In this document: positions 1 to 12,949 of the stretch, one piece after another | Position numbering within the stretch: position 1 is the stretch's first letter | How the letters are laid out: each line of letters starts with the position of its first letter | Origin: Octopus sinensis | Taxonomy: Eukaryota | DNA: 64,000 bases | Assembly: GCF_006345805.1 (NCBI RefSeq) | Contig: NC_042997.1 | Span: 80,972,001 to 81,036,000, forward strand | Direction: 5' to 3' | Position numbers and translations under genes: made by a program | Notes under the pieces: generated by a model | Seen by the model: the letters and a program-made list of their open reading frames with translations, nothing else | Told to the model about the DNA's origin: nothing | Databases searched by the model: none

Positions 1-1648
1 GACCTAAAACTATACGCTCCAAATGACAAACAGCTGGAAACACTATGAAAGACAGTTCATGGATTTACCAAAGAAATAGATATGAAATTTGGATTAGAAA
101 AATGCGCCAAAGTAACCATGAAAAGAGGAAAACTAGTTAAAAGTAACAACATCACACTAGATAAAACCAATGAAATAAAAGAATTAGACCAAAGCCAAAC
201 TTACAAATATTTAGGAATCCATGAACTAGATAAGACACAAGACACACAAATGAAAGAGAAAATAAAAAAAGAATATTATAGACGAGTTAGATCAATACTA
301 AAAACAGAGCTCAATGCTAAAAACAAGATAATAGGTATCAACACTTTAGCTGTCCCAGTTATAAGTTACAGCTACAATATCCTTAACTGGACACGAAATG
401 AACTGTCCAAAATAGATAGGAAAACAAGAAAAATACTGACAGGATCTAGGATGCATCACCCAAAATCTGACATAGAAAGACTATATATACAACGTATAGA
501 AGGTGGTAGAGGCCTTATACAGCTGGAAAACTACTATAAAATAACCACCATAGGACTGCAAAAATACCTACTTCAGAAGGAAGGAAAACTGATCCAGATA
601 GCAGCAAAACACGAGCAAAACAAAAAACTGTTCTCAGTATTTAAGGAAGCTGACAAATACAAACAAGAAATCATACCACCTAATAAACACGAAGAAGAAG
701 AAGAAGATGATGAAGAAACAACAAAAGCTATAAAACAAATGAAATCCAAACTAAAAATAGAACAGCAACGAACCATGATAAAACGATGGCAAGAAAAGCC
801 CCTTCATGGTAAATACTGGACTAAACTAAACGCAAAAGAAATAGACAAAGAAAGATCCCAGCAATGGTTGAGAAGCTCAGGACTCAAAGCAGAGACAGAG
901 GGATTTTTAATTGCAGCACAAGACCAAAGCCTCCCCACCAGAAATTACCAAAAACATGTAATGAAAAGAAATATTACAAGTAACTGCAGAATATGTGGAG
1001 ATGGACAAGAAACAATAAATCATATTATCTCTAGCTGCCCAGTCCTGGCTAAGAAGGAATATATTCACAGACATGACAGAGTTGGAACCTACATACACTG
1101 GAAGCTATGCCAACATTATGGAATAACAACAGAAAAAAGATGGTATAGGCACACACCAGAAAAGGTTACAGAAAACGAGAAAGCAACCATACTCTGGGAT
1201 ATGCCGATACACACAGATAGAGAAATTAAGGCCAACAGACCAGATATAGTTGTCAGAGATCATGAAGAAAAAAAATGCTTTCTAATTGATGTATCAATAC
1301 CGGCAGATGACAACGTGTCTCTAAAAGAAATGGAGAAACTCTCAAAATACAAAGACCTGGAAATAGAGGTAACTAGAATGTGGAATCTGAAAACAGAAAC
1401 AATTCCTATCATAGTAGGTGCATTAGGCATGATAAAAAAATATTCAGACAAATACATAACAAAAACACCAGGACTTACAAACACATATATCATACAGAAA
1501 ATTGCACTACTAGGCACTGCACACATCCTACGCAGAGCACTTTCCATACAATAACCATCAGAGCATCACAACAAATCACAGCACATACCCAAGGCACACA
1601 GAGCTGCGCTCGGTAGTGAAGTGAAAGCACGCTATAAAAATAAAACTA

Positions 1649-1681
<33 letters not shown>
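1..1681 (+). mobile_element. R4/Dong-clade non-LTR retrotransposon, 3' part (5' end outside window), young copy A
   Basis: Frame 1 starts DLKLY (end of the YxDD RT motif) with an in-frame TGA at 46-48. The ORF then runs through the RT thumb, a CCHC knuckle and an RLE endonuclease, followed by a ~100 bp 3' UTR and an (AAT)n tail at 1652-1681. Confidence 0.93.
82..1554 (+). CDS. Dong-type RT C-terminus / CCHC zinc knuckle / PD-(D/E)xK RLE endonuclease (open remnant, 490 aa)
   Basis: Motifs YKYLG, CRICGDGQETINHIISSC, RHDRV and RPDIVV...LIDVSIP...EKLSKY. The upstream in-frame stop means this is not a complete functional ORF. Confidence 0.85.
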   Translation: MKFGLEKCAKVTMKRGKLVKSNNITLDKTNEIKELDQSQTYKYLGIHELDKTQDTQMKEKIKKEYYRRVRSILKTELNAKNKIIGINTLAVPVISYSYNILNWTRNELSKIDRKTRKILTGSRMHHPKSDIERLYIQRIEGGRGLIQLENYYKITTIGLQKYLLQKEGKLIQIAAKHEQNKKLFSVFKEADKYKQEIIPPNKHEEEEEDDEETTKAIKQMKSKLKIEQQRTMIKRWQEKPLHGKYWTKLNAKEIDKERSQQWLRSSGLKAETEGFLIAAQDQSLPTRNYQKHVMKRNITSNCRICGDGQETINHIISSCPVLAKKEYIHRHDRVGTYIHWKLCQHYGITTEKRWYRHTPEKVTENEKATILWDMPIHTDREIKANRPDIVVRDHEEKKCFLIDVSIPADDNVSLKEMEKLSKYKDLEIEVTRMWNLKTETIPIIVGALGMIKKYSDKYITKTPGLTNTYIIQKIALLGTAHILRRALSIQ

Positions 1682-1683
<2 letters not shown>

Positions 1684-1935
1684 CCTTATTCAGGGACCTT
1701 TTGAGTGGAATAGGCTACTGAACCTGAAGAAAATTCTTACTTGGCCCCACCTGCAAGGTCATGTGCTGTTTATGATGATATGAGATCTCCATGCTGTGCA
1801 CATATGGTTGTGATGCATGTGCCTGGTGTACCCTTATCAGACAGATAGTCCTGATGGTTATACTGGGATTTGTATATTTTACCCCAGTGTCACTTTGATG
1901 GCATGCACTGCTCTCTCACTCAATAATAATAATGA
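1682..1935 (+). mobile_element. Unclassified non-LTR 3' end with short (AAT)n tail
   Basis: GC-richer segment directly after the copy A tail, ending ...ctctctcactcaataataataat. Resembles a LINE 3' UTR; no diagnostic protein motif. Confidence 0.35.
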
Positions 1936-1939
1936 TAAC

Positions 1940-3430
1940 AGTAAAGCTTTCTTTTATTGGCTACAAGGGCAGGCAATTCAAGGAAAACAACACGAACACA
2001 AAAAATGAGTTTTACAGCAAATAAAAAATAGTCAACAAAACAAAATAAAACTATTTACAATGCAGAATTTCAATGAGAAAAGTTCCTCCAAAGTGAAAAA
2101 GACCATCTAGAGTGGTGTAGGGAAAATCCATCGCAAAAACCAGGATTTCTCTGCCACATCAAAATCTTCTTTCCTATCTTTTTCTTCTTGTTTATAAAAG
2201 CACACAGGGTAGGCCCATTCAGCCTTGCCAGTTTTTCCACTCTCACCCACTTTTTGTTGAATGCAATAGAAGGCAGTATCTCTCTTTCTCTTTTGTTTGA
2301 CTACTAAACAGATGGCGCTGTACTTTGTAGCAATCCTGCTCTGAAGACAGGACAAAAATTGACTGTTCTTAGGATTGCCACTAGGTGGTGATCTTTTACC
2401 TTTTACTTGTTTCAGTCATTAGATTGCAGCAATGCAGGGGCACCGCCTTGAATTTTTAGTTGAACAAATCAACCCCAGGACTTATTTTTAAGCCTGGTAC
2501 TTATTCTATCAGTCTCTTTTGCCAAACTGTTAAGTTACAGGGATACAAACACACCAACACTGGTTATCAAGTAGTGGTGGTGGGGGGATAAACGCAGACA
2601 TAAAGACACATACATACATACACAATAGGTTTCTTTCAGTTTCCATCTACCAAATCCACTCACATGGTCAACTGAGACTATAGTAGAAGACACTTACCCA
2701 AGGTGCCATGCAGTGGGACTGAACCTGAAACCATGTGGCTGGGAAGTAAGCTTCTTACTACACAGCCACTTTGTCAAGTCTGTTAAAAACTTCAGACTGA
2801 TTCAAACTGATTGGTGTCCACTGAAGCTAGATCTTTTTCTAACCCAAGCCACACTGTACTGCATGTAGAGGAGGTTGTCATGGATGGATCTGCCAGAGAT
2901 GATATTGCTGATCAACAGCAAGTTTCAGCCACTTGGCAAGTATCTTTAACCCTGTGCTGAGCAGAGTTATGACCAAAATTTTTTAGTCACTTCTTTGTTC
3001 ATGTTCTTTTTCAGCAGCCTCACCACTCGCCAGCTAACTCAACTGAGAGTGCTTCCAGTTTATCACTCGCTGTAACAGACATCTGCTAAGACAGAAGTGA
3101 ACAAGTCTAGCATGTAGAAACAGAATTTACAGGGCAGACCATCCAAACAAAGCAATCTGCACCTTGCACAGCAGCTCAACATATCTACCATTTTGTCTGC
3201 TGACATTGACTGTTTGCAACATTCTACATCCCTGCTTGAGAATTGTGGTAAACCATCAAGGTTGGAAGTCTGTCTCCAATCTGCCACTGATTGAGAACAA
3301 TTTGGCAAAATATAACTGGAAAACTGCACTAAACTATTTGATAACACACCTGCACAATCGAACATAGATTGAATTCTGGCTTTGTTGCAACATCACACCT
3401 TCACCACATTGCACCTTAACAAAGACAATG
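1940..3430 (-). mobile_element. Decayed Tx1/L1-clade LINE (RT domains joined to the 3' end by deletion), interrupted by a SINE
   Basis: Minus-strand remnants LDGLPCKFCFYMLDLF, ITLLSTGLKILAKWL, SGRSIHDNL and NQSEVFNRLD. After the SINE they continue as LVAILRTVNFCPVF..IATKYSAICLVV. AATAAA at 1953-1958. Confidence 0.72.
2400..2770 (-). mobile_element. tRNA-derived SINE, family B (full length)
   Basis: Minus strand starts AGTGGCTGTGTAGTAAG (A-box-like), then GGTTCAGTCCC (B-box-like) and a core GGCACCTTGGGTAAGTGTCTTCTAC. The 3' half matches 23790-24007. Confidence 0.75.
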
Positions 3431-3633
3431 CTTCTTTGAAATGATTTACTAATTTTCTCTCTACCCTGTTATTCTCTTTAGCTATTGCCTTATTAAATAT
3501 AACTGATGCTGTTCTATTTCCTCTGCTTATCATGAACTACCATCTGTTGTTGATCAATTAGTTAAGTAAGAATTGATGATGATGATGGTGGTGGTGGTGG
3601 TGGTGGTGATGCTGATTCTGTTGTTACTGTTTA

Positions 3634-4696
3634 CACTGATAGAAAAGGTATGCTTGCTCTTGGCTCTGTGAAATTCCCATCATTTCTTATTTAACTATTT
3701 CACTAATTTGGTCAGTGAAATGTTTCCATGCCTGAAAGAATGTTTTCGGGTTTCAGTAGCCAGACTCATTTCTATTAGTTTGTTCTTGTTTGACTGTTCT
3801 GTTACAAGTCTGTGATCCATTGTAGCCATCTGAAACTGTGGGCAAATTATGTTAATCCTTTCTGCAAGTATTTCTTAGTACAAATCTTTCTAAATATGAT
3901 TTGAATTAAGAAATCAAGGCAAAACCTTTCAAACAAATAAAAATATCTGGAAAGGTTTGTGAACTATTTTGTAGAACTGTGTAGTTGAGGGATTCATTGA
4001 TGAATTGTTGTTATTGCTGTGTTTGTTGATTATTCAGCTCTTGTTTTAGGTGCTGTTACTGTTTCTTCTCTTGTTGCTGTTGTTCTTGCTGTATGTGTAT
4101 CAGTCACTGTTGCTGTGATCGTTGTTGATGTTTCTGTTGTTAGTATGCCTTCAGTTGTTGTTGTGCTTGTTACAGTTTTTACTGATGCAGTTGCTGTCCT
4201 TGTTTTAGTTGTTGTCAATAATATTTTTCTTTAGTACAAAAAGTTATTCCTAAGAAAAATAATATCAAATTCTTCTCTGTGATGTTTGTTGTTGCTATGC
4301 TACAAAAATATTGTTACTAAAGCAGGCATTAGACAACTTCATCTTTCTGCATCTCTCACTATTTATTTTAATTAAACTCTTTTTCACTCCCTATGTGTTA
4401 TATTCATCTCAGGTGAACATTATTATTTCCTCATAAGGATCCATCACTTTTTCTCAAGAAAACTGATAGCTTTTTCATAAATACAAACACTAAGTTTGCA
4501 AATACAAAGTTTAAAATTGAATGATTCCTCCAAATGTTGGAATTGTGCAAAAGGTGTAAAAATCACACCAAAAAAGAAGTTGGTTTGTTCTGTAAAAATG
4601 ACAAAATTTTAATAAAACCACATCCCAATTTGAATGAAAATTGAAAAATGAGGAAATTTCACAGAGCCAAGAGCAAGCATGTCTTTTCTGTCAGTG
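3634..4696. mobile_element. Non-autonomous TIR element with CACTG...CAGTG ends (CMC/Chapaev-like)
   Basis: 42-bp inverted repeats at 3634-3675 and 4655-4696 with 3 mismatches. Flanks are TTA and TGA. No transposase inside. Confidence 0.62.
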
Positions 4697-6879
4697 TGAA
4701 CAACTGCATCAGTAACAATAGCAACAACAACAGCAATAACAATGAAATGCATCATCATCATCATCACCAATGTGTGGGGTGCTTTGGGTGAGGAGCATCA
4801 GTACTGGTGGAGTGGCAAGGATCACCTTTTAACTCACATGAAAGAAATTTATTGTTATGAGAGAATGGTAGAGGAGAGAATAACACTGGGAACAAAGTTG
4901 TGATGCAAGTAATGGAAGAGACAGGGTAGAAGGGAAAAAGAAGGGAAGGAGGGAGAGGAAGAGTAATGCCAGGGATTAATGTGAAGGAGATGGGGGGAAA
5001 CAAAGTGTAATGGTGATGAACTGGATTGATTAGGTAGACCTAGTGCCCGGATGTTTCAGTCTGTTTGTTATGCCTATATGGGTTAAACAGTCTGTTAGAA
5101 GCCAAGAAAGTTACATAAGTTTGTAGCATGTGAGGAAGGCTTGTTTTTATGGTTTATTGCTACATTAATATAGAAAGTGTCTGTGCAATACAAGAAAAGG
5201 AATATTCAGATAAAACAAATATGACAAGTACAGAATGTCTTCATCAGAAATTCAACATTCAGGCTAACTTTTATATATCAGTATATATTCTTGTTGTTGT
5301 GGTGTGTCTTCTTCAATCATAGCAGGTTGAATATGTAGATGTGAAAACAACATGTGGACAGTGAAAGCCATCAGGAACTGAATCATTCTGGAGTTTTGGT
5401 GTTCAATTGAGCTGTTTTTACAGGCTGTGTTCACAGAGGGTTCTAGTTTTGCCACCAGATAATCATGTGAATAACAGCCAGTGTTTGGATAACAATTGGG
5501 TTTGCACACATGATCAAATTGAATGTGGCAAAATGTGGGATCGAATCCAGTTGTTACAGGTTTATTGTTGAGAGAGGGTGGTGGAAGAGATACTAACAGA
5601 CATAATGTTAAAGAAATGGGTAATAGGAAGTAAAAAGAAAGAGGTGTCAGGGGTTAGTGAGAGAGAGTTTAAGGGACAAATAAAGATATAGGGGATTTAG
5701 AGAGTATTAAGAATGAGGTAGCTTAGCAAATACCACATTTAAAAATCCTAAATCAACCCAATCAAGGAAACCTCGGATAAAACGTAATCCAACCATGATC
5801 TGCACACTTTGCTTTTAGATAATGTATCTCAGTCTATCCACACCTCACCTACTAAAAACATATATAAAGATATAAATATCTGTTCTTCCATTTCATAAGA
5901 TAGTTTGAAGAGAATTTAACAACTATTTCTAGCAAACTAAGTAATGAAGTAAAGAAATGAGTTCATTTGCCTAATTTCTTAACTTTTTTTCTCTCTAAAT
6001 AACAATTGTGCAGTCACGATGCAGTTGTTGATAAACATAGATCTGGCAGCAGTAGTGTATTCTATAACTGTTGCTGAATTACAATACTACAGTATTATTA
6101 TTTATAAATTATAGTGCACAAATATGTTGTTAAAGCCATTTGTTTGTTACAAACAAAGGATAAAATACCACTTATACACCAGGCTCCCTTCAAAAATTGC
6201 TATTAACAACAATGGTTGTACATTTTCCTTTGCATATTTTGCTGATGACATAGTACTTAAAATTCATACTTGCTTGCCAGAAAAATGCATGTTCACAAGT
6301 CCACTTCCCCATAGCAAATGAGATTCTATATGTAGTCACTTGATATACCAAAAACAATGGCCAAATCACACTCTATTATCTTTAAAAATAAAGGACATAT
6401 CTGAAAAAGGCTAGAACAGTGATGGTGGAATGTCTTTGATCATAGGCATTCCCAATCAAAACTAACCAACGACAAAAGCAACAACAACAACAACATGCAA
6501 ATAGATTTACTTCAACATATGTGATATTGTGACAAAATGATTCAAGTCATATGAGAACTCACTGGTGACATTTGTAACATTATTCTGGAGGCTGTTCTGT
6601 TAGTAATGCAATCCAATAGTAGAATCATAATATTGTATTATTTTAGTGAATGAGAATCCTTAAAATGATCTAATGCCAGTTTTTCAATATTATCATTAAT
6701 TTATTATGTATCAAAAACATCTCCAACAAAAGTGCTTGCAACTGTTCAAGTGGAATGTTAACATTATTGATGTCACCAGGCTTAGGGAACCTGTGAAACC
6801 ATGGGCTCTGCCCTTTACTCCACACCAAATCCAATAGTTAAAAAAAAATTGCAGTTGCAAAGGTTTCAGGTTTCATCAC

Positions 6880-6984
<105 letters not shown>

Positions 6985-8483
6985 GTTGTTGTTATTTATT
7001 TATTTATTCTACTTTGGTAGGAGTCATTTATGGTTACATAGTTCTATTGCTTTGATGTCTCTCAGCCTTGACTAATGGCTACTTATGAATTCTGTTAACT
7101 GTCATATACATAGAAATCAGGTACCTATAACACTTACAACCTTATCAAAACTCAGCTTATATTTGTTATAATATGATAGATCATTGTTTCAGTCTCAATC
7201 TTGGTTAGAGTGATTTGGTTAGGTCTTTCACATCACAGTGGAAATATCTTTTTTTCTTTTTTTGGTGATTTATAAGCCAATCTGATTTATTTGTGTTCAA
7301 GTTTCACTGGTTGCTATCAACTCAGGTCACTACAACAATATTATTGGGAGCTGATTTGCAACACAGTGCATGGCTAGATTTAAAATATATGCCACTAAAT
7401 TGCTTGTCAGCAGCAGAAATAACCTCATTTTGTATCATTGCAACATATCTGAGTATGGAATGCTGCTCCAGACGACATATTAATTCACAATCCATGGCTG
7501 AAAAAGCAAACATGTTTTTATTACAATTCTCCATTATATTACTAATTAGTATTGACTTCCTAAATTTACATGAAGATTTAGAGTTATAAGACGAGGTTGA
7601 GGAGAATAAAAATGATACTTAATCAGACCTTCCTGCAAGTCATTTGTGTCTTAAATGAAGTTCTTCCAAAAATAAATTGAGACCAGATTTATTTCAGTCA
7701 CCTTGAATATGGCTCTAATCAACAAATTTGTAATCCCTGTAAGGAATCAGACAGTATGTCTCACTGATAATGAAGCTGACCATAGATCTTTTTGATCAAT
7801 ATTCTTTGATACTTGATTGTGCTACTAAACTTTTTTGACTGAAATAAAGCCATTACAAGGAAATTATATGAATAGAAAGTTATAATTTCTTTTATATCTA
7901 TTTATTAAAATTTAATTGGATTTTCAGAAATGTAAAAAAAAAAAAAAAAAAAACATATAAAACATAGAAAAACAAACAACAACACTAAAATATATAAATA
8001 AATATAAGCAAACGTAAAAGACAGGGTAACTAAACAAGCACTTGATTGATTTTGAAAACAATTAGACAAAGGAAAAATAGTAATAAGTTAATAGTTTACA
8101 TAATCTAGCACAGTCATTAATGACTAAAAAATGAAAAAGGATATTCTCAGAGAAATATAATACCTTATATATCAAAAAAAAAAACCAACCTATTGGAATT
8201 TTCCAGCATTATTTCAAGTGGACAAAACCATTATGTTTTTTTTCTTTCTTATTTATTATTATAATTTTATACTGGAAAGCTTATTGTGAAGGCGGGGTAA
8301 ATCAGTGAAGCAAAGAAGAAACTCACTTCAAAAGGATATTTGTTTAAACAACAAATAATTATTTGCTAGGTTTTTTTTCCCTTGTTTCCACATCATATCA
8401 GTTAGATTAGAAATGATTATCAGACAGAATCAAATTATCTATTTTGGATTTTCATTTTCTTTCAACTTTCATTAAATATTATT

Positions 8484-8792
8484 GTATGTATGTAAGTATG
8501 TATGTATGTATGTATGTATGTATGTATGTATGTATGTATGTATGTATGTATGTATGTATGTATGTATGTATGTATGTATGTTTGTATGCATGTATGTATG
8601 TACAAGATGTATGTATGGTAATTGTGTATATTAGACATAAACACACACACACACATATTTACTAAGTATGTATTTATATAATGTGAATGTATATGTATGT
8701 ATATATATATATATACTTATACACACATATACACGTACACATATATACATACATACACACACACGCACACACACGCACACACACACACACAC

Positions 8793-8828
<36 letters not shown>

Positions 8829-8900
8829 CATACATACATACATATTATTACATATGTATATGTGTGTGTGTGCTTGTGGGCATTTGTGTGTATGTGCATA
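8484..8900. repeat. Compound (TATG)n/(CA)n/(TA)n microsatellite
   Basis: Direct reading; explains the overlapping low-complexity ORFs. Confidence 0.95.
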
Positions 8901-8929
8901 TGAGGATATATTAAATATGTATAGGACAA

Positions 8930-9125
8930 CGGATGGTGGAATTGTTAGAGCATAGAGATAAAATACCTTGTGGTATTTGGTTGTGTCTGTTTACATTCTG
9001 AGTTCAAATCAAGCACATGTTGACTTTGTCTTTCATCCTTCTATAATAAGATAAGTAACAGTCAAGTAGTGGAGTTCATATAATTAACTATACTCTTGAA
9101 CATTATTGCCACAGTCTAATGATTC
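8930..9125 (+). mobile_element. tRNA-derived SINE, family A (decayed)
   Basis: Contains the family signature TTCTGAGTTCAAAT...GACTTTGTCTTTCATCCTT. Confidence 0.55.
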
Positions 9126-9214
9126 AAACTAATAAAAGAATATATACATACACACACGCACGCATGCACACACACATATCTGTATATGTGTGTGTGTGTG
9201 CATACATACATACA

Positions 9215-9261
<47 letters not shown>

Positions 9262-9374
9262 TGGCCTGCTCGCTTAGCCAGTGGGGTGGCGTCGTTCGAA
9301 GGCTAAAACAATGCAAACGCATTGTGACCAGCGATGTGTAGTAACATCTGATGGTCTGGTCGGTCATGTGATCA

Positions 9375-10523
9375 CCTAGCAGTTGAGGGAACCCGTGGAA
9401 GAGGTAGACCCAGGAAAACCTGGGACGAGGTGGTGAAGCACGACCTTCGAACTTTAGGCCTCACTGAGGAAATGACCAGAGACCGAGACCTTTGGAAATA
9501 TTCTGTACGTGAGAAGACCAGGCAGGACAAGTGAGCCCAGCCCACTTATGAATGCCTTTCCTCCCTTGGACACAAAGACCGGTTGAGGCAAGCGAAGTCG
9601 ATATAGAACCTCATCCGACGACAGACACCCATCCCAACCCCCCATGCTTGCGAAGACATGTTGGGGCAAGCGAAATCGAAATCGAAATCGAAACCGAATT
9701 GAACCAGCCAGGATCCCTGGCCTGGTGGTACGTAAAAAGCACTATCCGACTCGGGGCCGTGGCACGTAAAATACTCCAATGCGACCGTACGACAGGCACC
9801 CATGCCAACCCCCTTTGCTTGTGAAGACATGTTGGGGCAAGCGAAATCGAAATCGAATTGAACCAGCCAGGATCCCTGGTCTGGTGGTACGTAAAGCACT
9901 ATCCGACTCGTGGCCGTGGCACGTAAAATACTCCAATGCGACCGTACGACAGGCACCCTTGCCAACCCCCTTTGCTTGTGAAGACATGTTGGGGCAAGCG
10001 AAATCGAAATCGAATTGAACCAGCCAGTATCCCTGGTCTGGTGGTACGTAAAGCACTATCCGACTCGTGGCCGTGGCACGTAAAATACTCCAATGCGACC
10101 GTACGACAGGCACCCTTGCCAACCCCCTTTGCTTGTGAAGACATGTTGGGGCAAGCGAAATCAAAATCGAAATCGAATTGAACCAGCCAGGATCCCTGGT
10201 CTGGTGGTACGTAAAAAGCACTATCCGACTCGTGGCCGATGCCAGCACCGCCTCGACTGGCTTCCGTGCCGGTGGCACATAAAATACACCAATCTGACCG
10301 TGGCCGTTGCCAGCCCCGCCTGGCACCTGTGCAGGTGGCACGTAAAAAGCACCCACTACACTCACGGAGTGGTTGGCGTTAGGAAGGGCATCCAGCTGTA
10401 GAAACATTGCCAAATTAGACTGGAGCCTGGTGCAGCCTTCTGGCTTCCCAGAACCCCAGTCGAACCGTCCAACCCATGCTAGCATGGAGAACGGACGTTA
10501 AACGACGATGATGATGATGATGA
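9375..10523 (+). mobile_element. RTE-clade LINE, 5'-truncated 3' end with expanded 3' UTR and (GAT)n tail
   Basis: ORF end GRGRPRKTWDEVVKHDLRTLGLTEEMTRDRDLWKYSVREKTRQDK*. UTR has AGGAAGGGCATCCAGCTGTAGAA, the palindrome CCATGCTAGCATGG and a GAT repeat tail. Confidence 0.85.
9620..10236 (+). repeat. 157-bp tandem repeat (~3.6-4 units) inside the RTE 3' UTR
   Basis: GAAGACATG recurs at 9652, 9823, 9980 and 10137 (spacings 171, 157, 157). The unit contains a nested (GAAATC)n. Confidence 0.92.
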
Positions 10524-11002
10524 TATGTGTGTGTATGTATGTATATATATAGACACACACACACACACACACACACACACAAGCAAGCACAAAAAACTAG
10601 TGATGTGAGTAAAAAAGTGATTGATAGTGTGCACAAGATCACAGCTTCTGGATATGTGTATTATTTATTCTCTCAGTATGACTGTTTGAGAATGAGGATC
10701 TTGGAAACAATATTTCATAACCCTCAGTGGTATGTTAGTTACAGGGTATCTAATTTCCCAGTATCAAATTTAGCTTAAGAATATAGAATTGACCTATCTT
10801 TCAGTATTCAAGTGTAATTAACAATAGAAGTTTTTGTCTTTTATTTTTTTATTTAGATTTTTAAATAAATCTCTGAGTGCTTTGCATCTGAGTTTGTAAG
10901 GATTATATATAATATGCATAAAGATATTTTTGAAAGTTGTTATGAATGATTGTGCATTGACAGGCAATATTATTTCAGCAGTAAGAATTTAGAGGGTATA
11001 TA

Positions 11003-11865
11003 TGGTGGTATCAAAAAGTTCCCAGACTAGTTATGTTCAATAAGAAAATAACTTATTTACATAAATTTTAACATAATTTCCTTTGAAATAGTCATCTTGC
11101 ACTGCAATACACTGATTCCACCATTTCTGCCATTTTTGGAATCTGACCTGGACCTTCACTCTAGATCTCAACAACTCTGTTAAAATGGTGACCTTTGGCC
11201 ATTTTCATCTTGGGGAAGCCCGATGAGATTCGGCAGGTACTAAATCTAGCAAATAGGGTGGGTGCGGAAGTGATACTGTATTGTCTTTGGTGCGAAATTC
11301 ATGCGTGAGGAGAGCTCAACAACAGGGTGCATTGTCATCATGAAGAATCCAATCCTTCATGCTCCACAGACCCAGTTACTTTCGTTGAATGTCCTCCCTC
11401 AAATGCTTCAAGACATCGTTGATTGTCCTCCTACGATCCTCATGCACAAGCTCAGGAATTTTTTCCACATTTCCAGGGGTGAGGCTTATGGCAGGTCTTT
11501 CAGGTCACTTATTATTTTCCAGGGATACTCTTCTGCTTTTGAAGCACCTGTGCTGTTTGAAACACTGTATATGACCCATTGTCACATCACCATAAGCTTG
11601 CCAAAGCATGCTCAATGTCTGTAGCTGACTTTCTAAGTTTAACACAAAATTTCACATTGGCTCTTTGTTCCTGTCTATGACAAAAATCACAGACTACAGC
11701 ATACATGTGATCACAAAAACATAAATTTCACAACTTGTGAAGTAAACACAGTGATGTCACTCAGCAAACTGTCTCACCAAGGTCTCTGCTAACTCTCACT
11801 ATGCAAGCAACTGTGTGCTGCCATCTGTTGGTGCACTATAGAACTAGTCTTTTGATACAAGCTTG
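11003..11865 (-). mobile_element. Internally deleted mariner transposon
   Basis: Minus-strand remnants EQRANVKFCVKL (HTH), WILHDDNAP and LPHPPY. Degenerate TIRs (gtatcaaaa...gactagtt) flanked by TA. Confidence 0.8.
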
Positions 11866-11877
11866 TATATTAATAAT

Positions 11878-12085
11878 ACTGGCTTCAAATTTTGGTTGCA
11901 ATTTCAGGGGAGGGAGTAAATCAATCACATCGACCCCAGTACTCAACTGGTACTTATTTTATCAACACCCAAATGGATGAAATACAAAGTTGATCTCTGC
12001 AGAATTTGAACTCTGAATATAAAGATAGAGGAAATGCTGCTAAGTGTTTTGCCCAGCATGCTAACAATTCTGCCAGCTCACCATA
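11878..12085 (-). mobile_element. SINE family A
   Basis: Reverse complement of the family A sequence (GAGCTGGCAGAATTGTTAGCA...GAGTTCAAATT). Confidence 0.75.
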
Positions 12086-12294
12086 TTAAGACTATATATT
12101 AATAATATTACATTTACAAAAGATATTAAGCTAGTTGGTTGTTATTTTATACCAGAAATATGCTCTAAGTTTTGTCAGTATTCAACATTTTGCTTGAAGA
12201 ATTTTTTTCCTGTTTCAATGTAAATTTTATTTGAATGAAAATTTATTTCCAGTTATATTTGTGACTAATGCTCACATTATACAGACACACACAG

Positions 12295-12376
<82 letters not shown>

Positions 12377-12426
12377 TTGTGTGTGTGCATGTGTGTGTGA
12401 GTATAAATGTGCATGTGTGTATATAA

Positions 12427-12477
<51 letters not shown>

Positions 12478-12519
12478 ATATATATCTATTTTGTATTGCA
12501 AGATAGTGTGTGAAAGAGA

Positions 12520-12948
12520 ATCATGATGTCATAGGAGAGAAATATGTCTAGATGGATGATAGCTCACTTGCATTCAATGATGCTGCAAAGAGAAAGACTC
12601 AGAGACACCACTATGAAAGGTTGCTAAATGTAGAGAATGAATGGGAGAAAGAGAGTCAGCCAAATGTCGACCCAACAGAGGGACCAGCTATTCAAATTGA
12701 CAGTACCCTGGTAGATAAATCAGTTAAGGGCATGAAGACAGGGAAAGCTCTCAGTCCATCAGGAGTCACTGCAGAGATGCCTAAAACATCTGGTGGTGTA
12801 GGCTAAATTTTAGTTTCCTGTATAATCAACTAAGTGATACATGAAGGAGTCATAAACAATGACTGGTGTAGCAGCATCATAGTCAACTGCTACAAAGGTA
12901 AAGGTGATGCACTAGATAGGAACAATTACAGAGGTCTCAAATTGTTGT
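12520..12948 (+). mobile_element. RTE-clade LINE, RT N-terminal fragment
   Basis: HYERLLNVENEW, MKTGKALSPSGVTAEM and DWCSSIIVNCYKGKGDALDRNNYRGLKLL, with stop codons. Confidence 0.85.
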
Positions 12949-12949
12949 A

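Noticed and set aside
2107-2355. Apparent terminal host exon (good acceptor, 77 codons, AATAAA)
   Set aside because: Its first part continues the Tx1 RT reading across the SINE insertion, and the rest fits the LINE 3' end. Exonisation is not excluded, but there is no evidence for it.
4019-4234. Thr-rich (minus) and Val-rich (plus) mucin-like ORFs
   Set aside because: Short, produced by a decayed trinucleotide tract inside a TIR element, with no convincing splice context.
8444-9367. Numerous ORFs of repeating YV/CM/HT residues (also at 12.2, 14.0, 19.4-20.9, 53.7-54.8 and 63.4-63.7 kb)
   Set aside because: Translations of microsatellites.
9546-10485. 247-aa and related repetitive ORFs; possible CRISPR-like array
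   Set aside because: These are readings of the 157-bp tandem repeat in an RTE UTR. There are no unique spacers and no cas genes, and the context is eukaryotic.
11301-11624. 107-aa plus-strand ORF (likewise 573-776, 1260-1547, 40778-41098 and 46819-47106)
   Set aside because: Antisense shadows of transposase or RT sequence.
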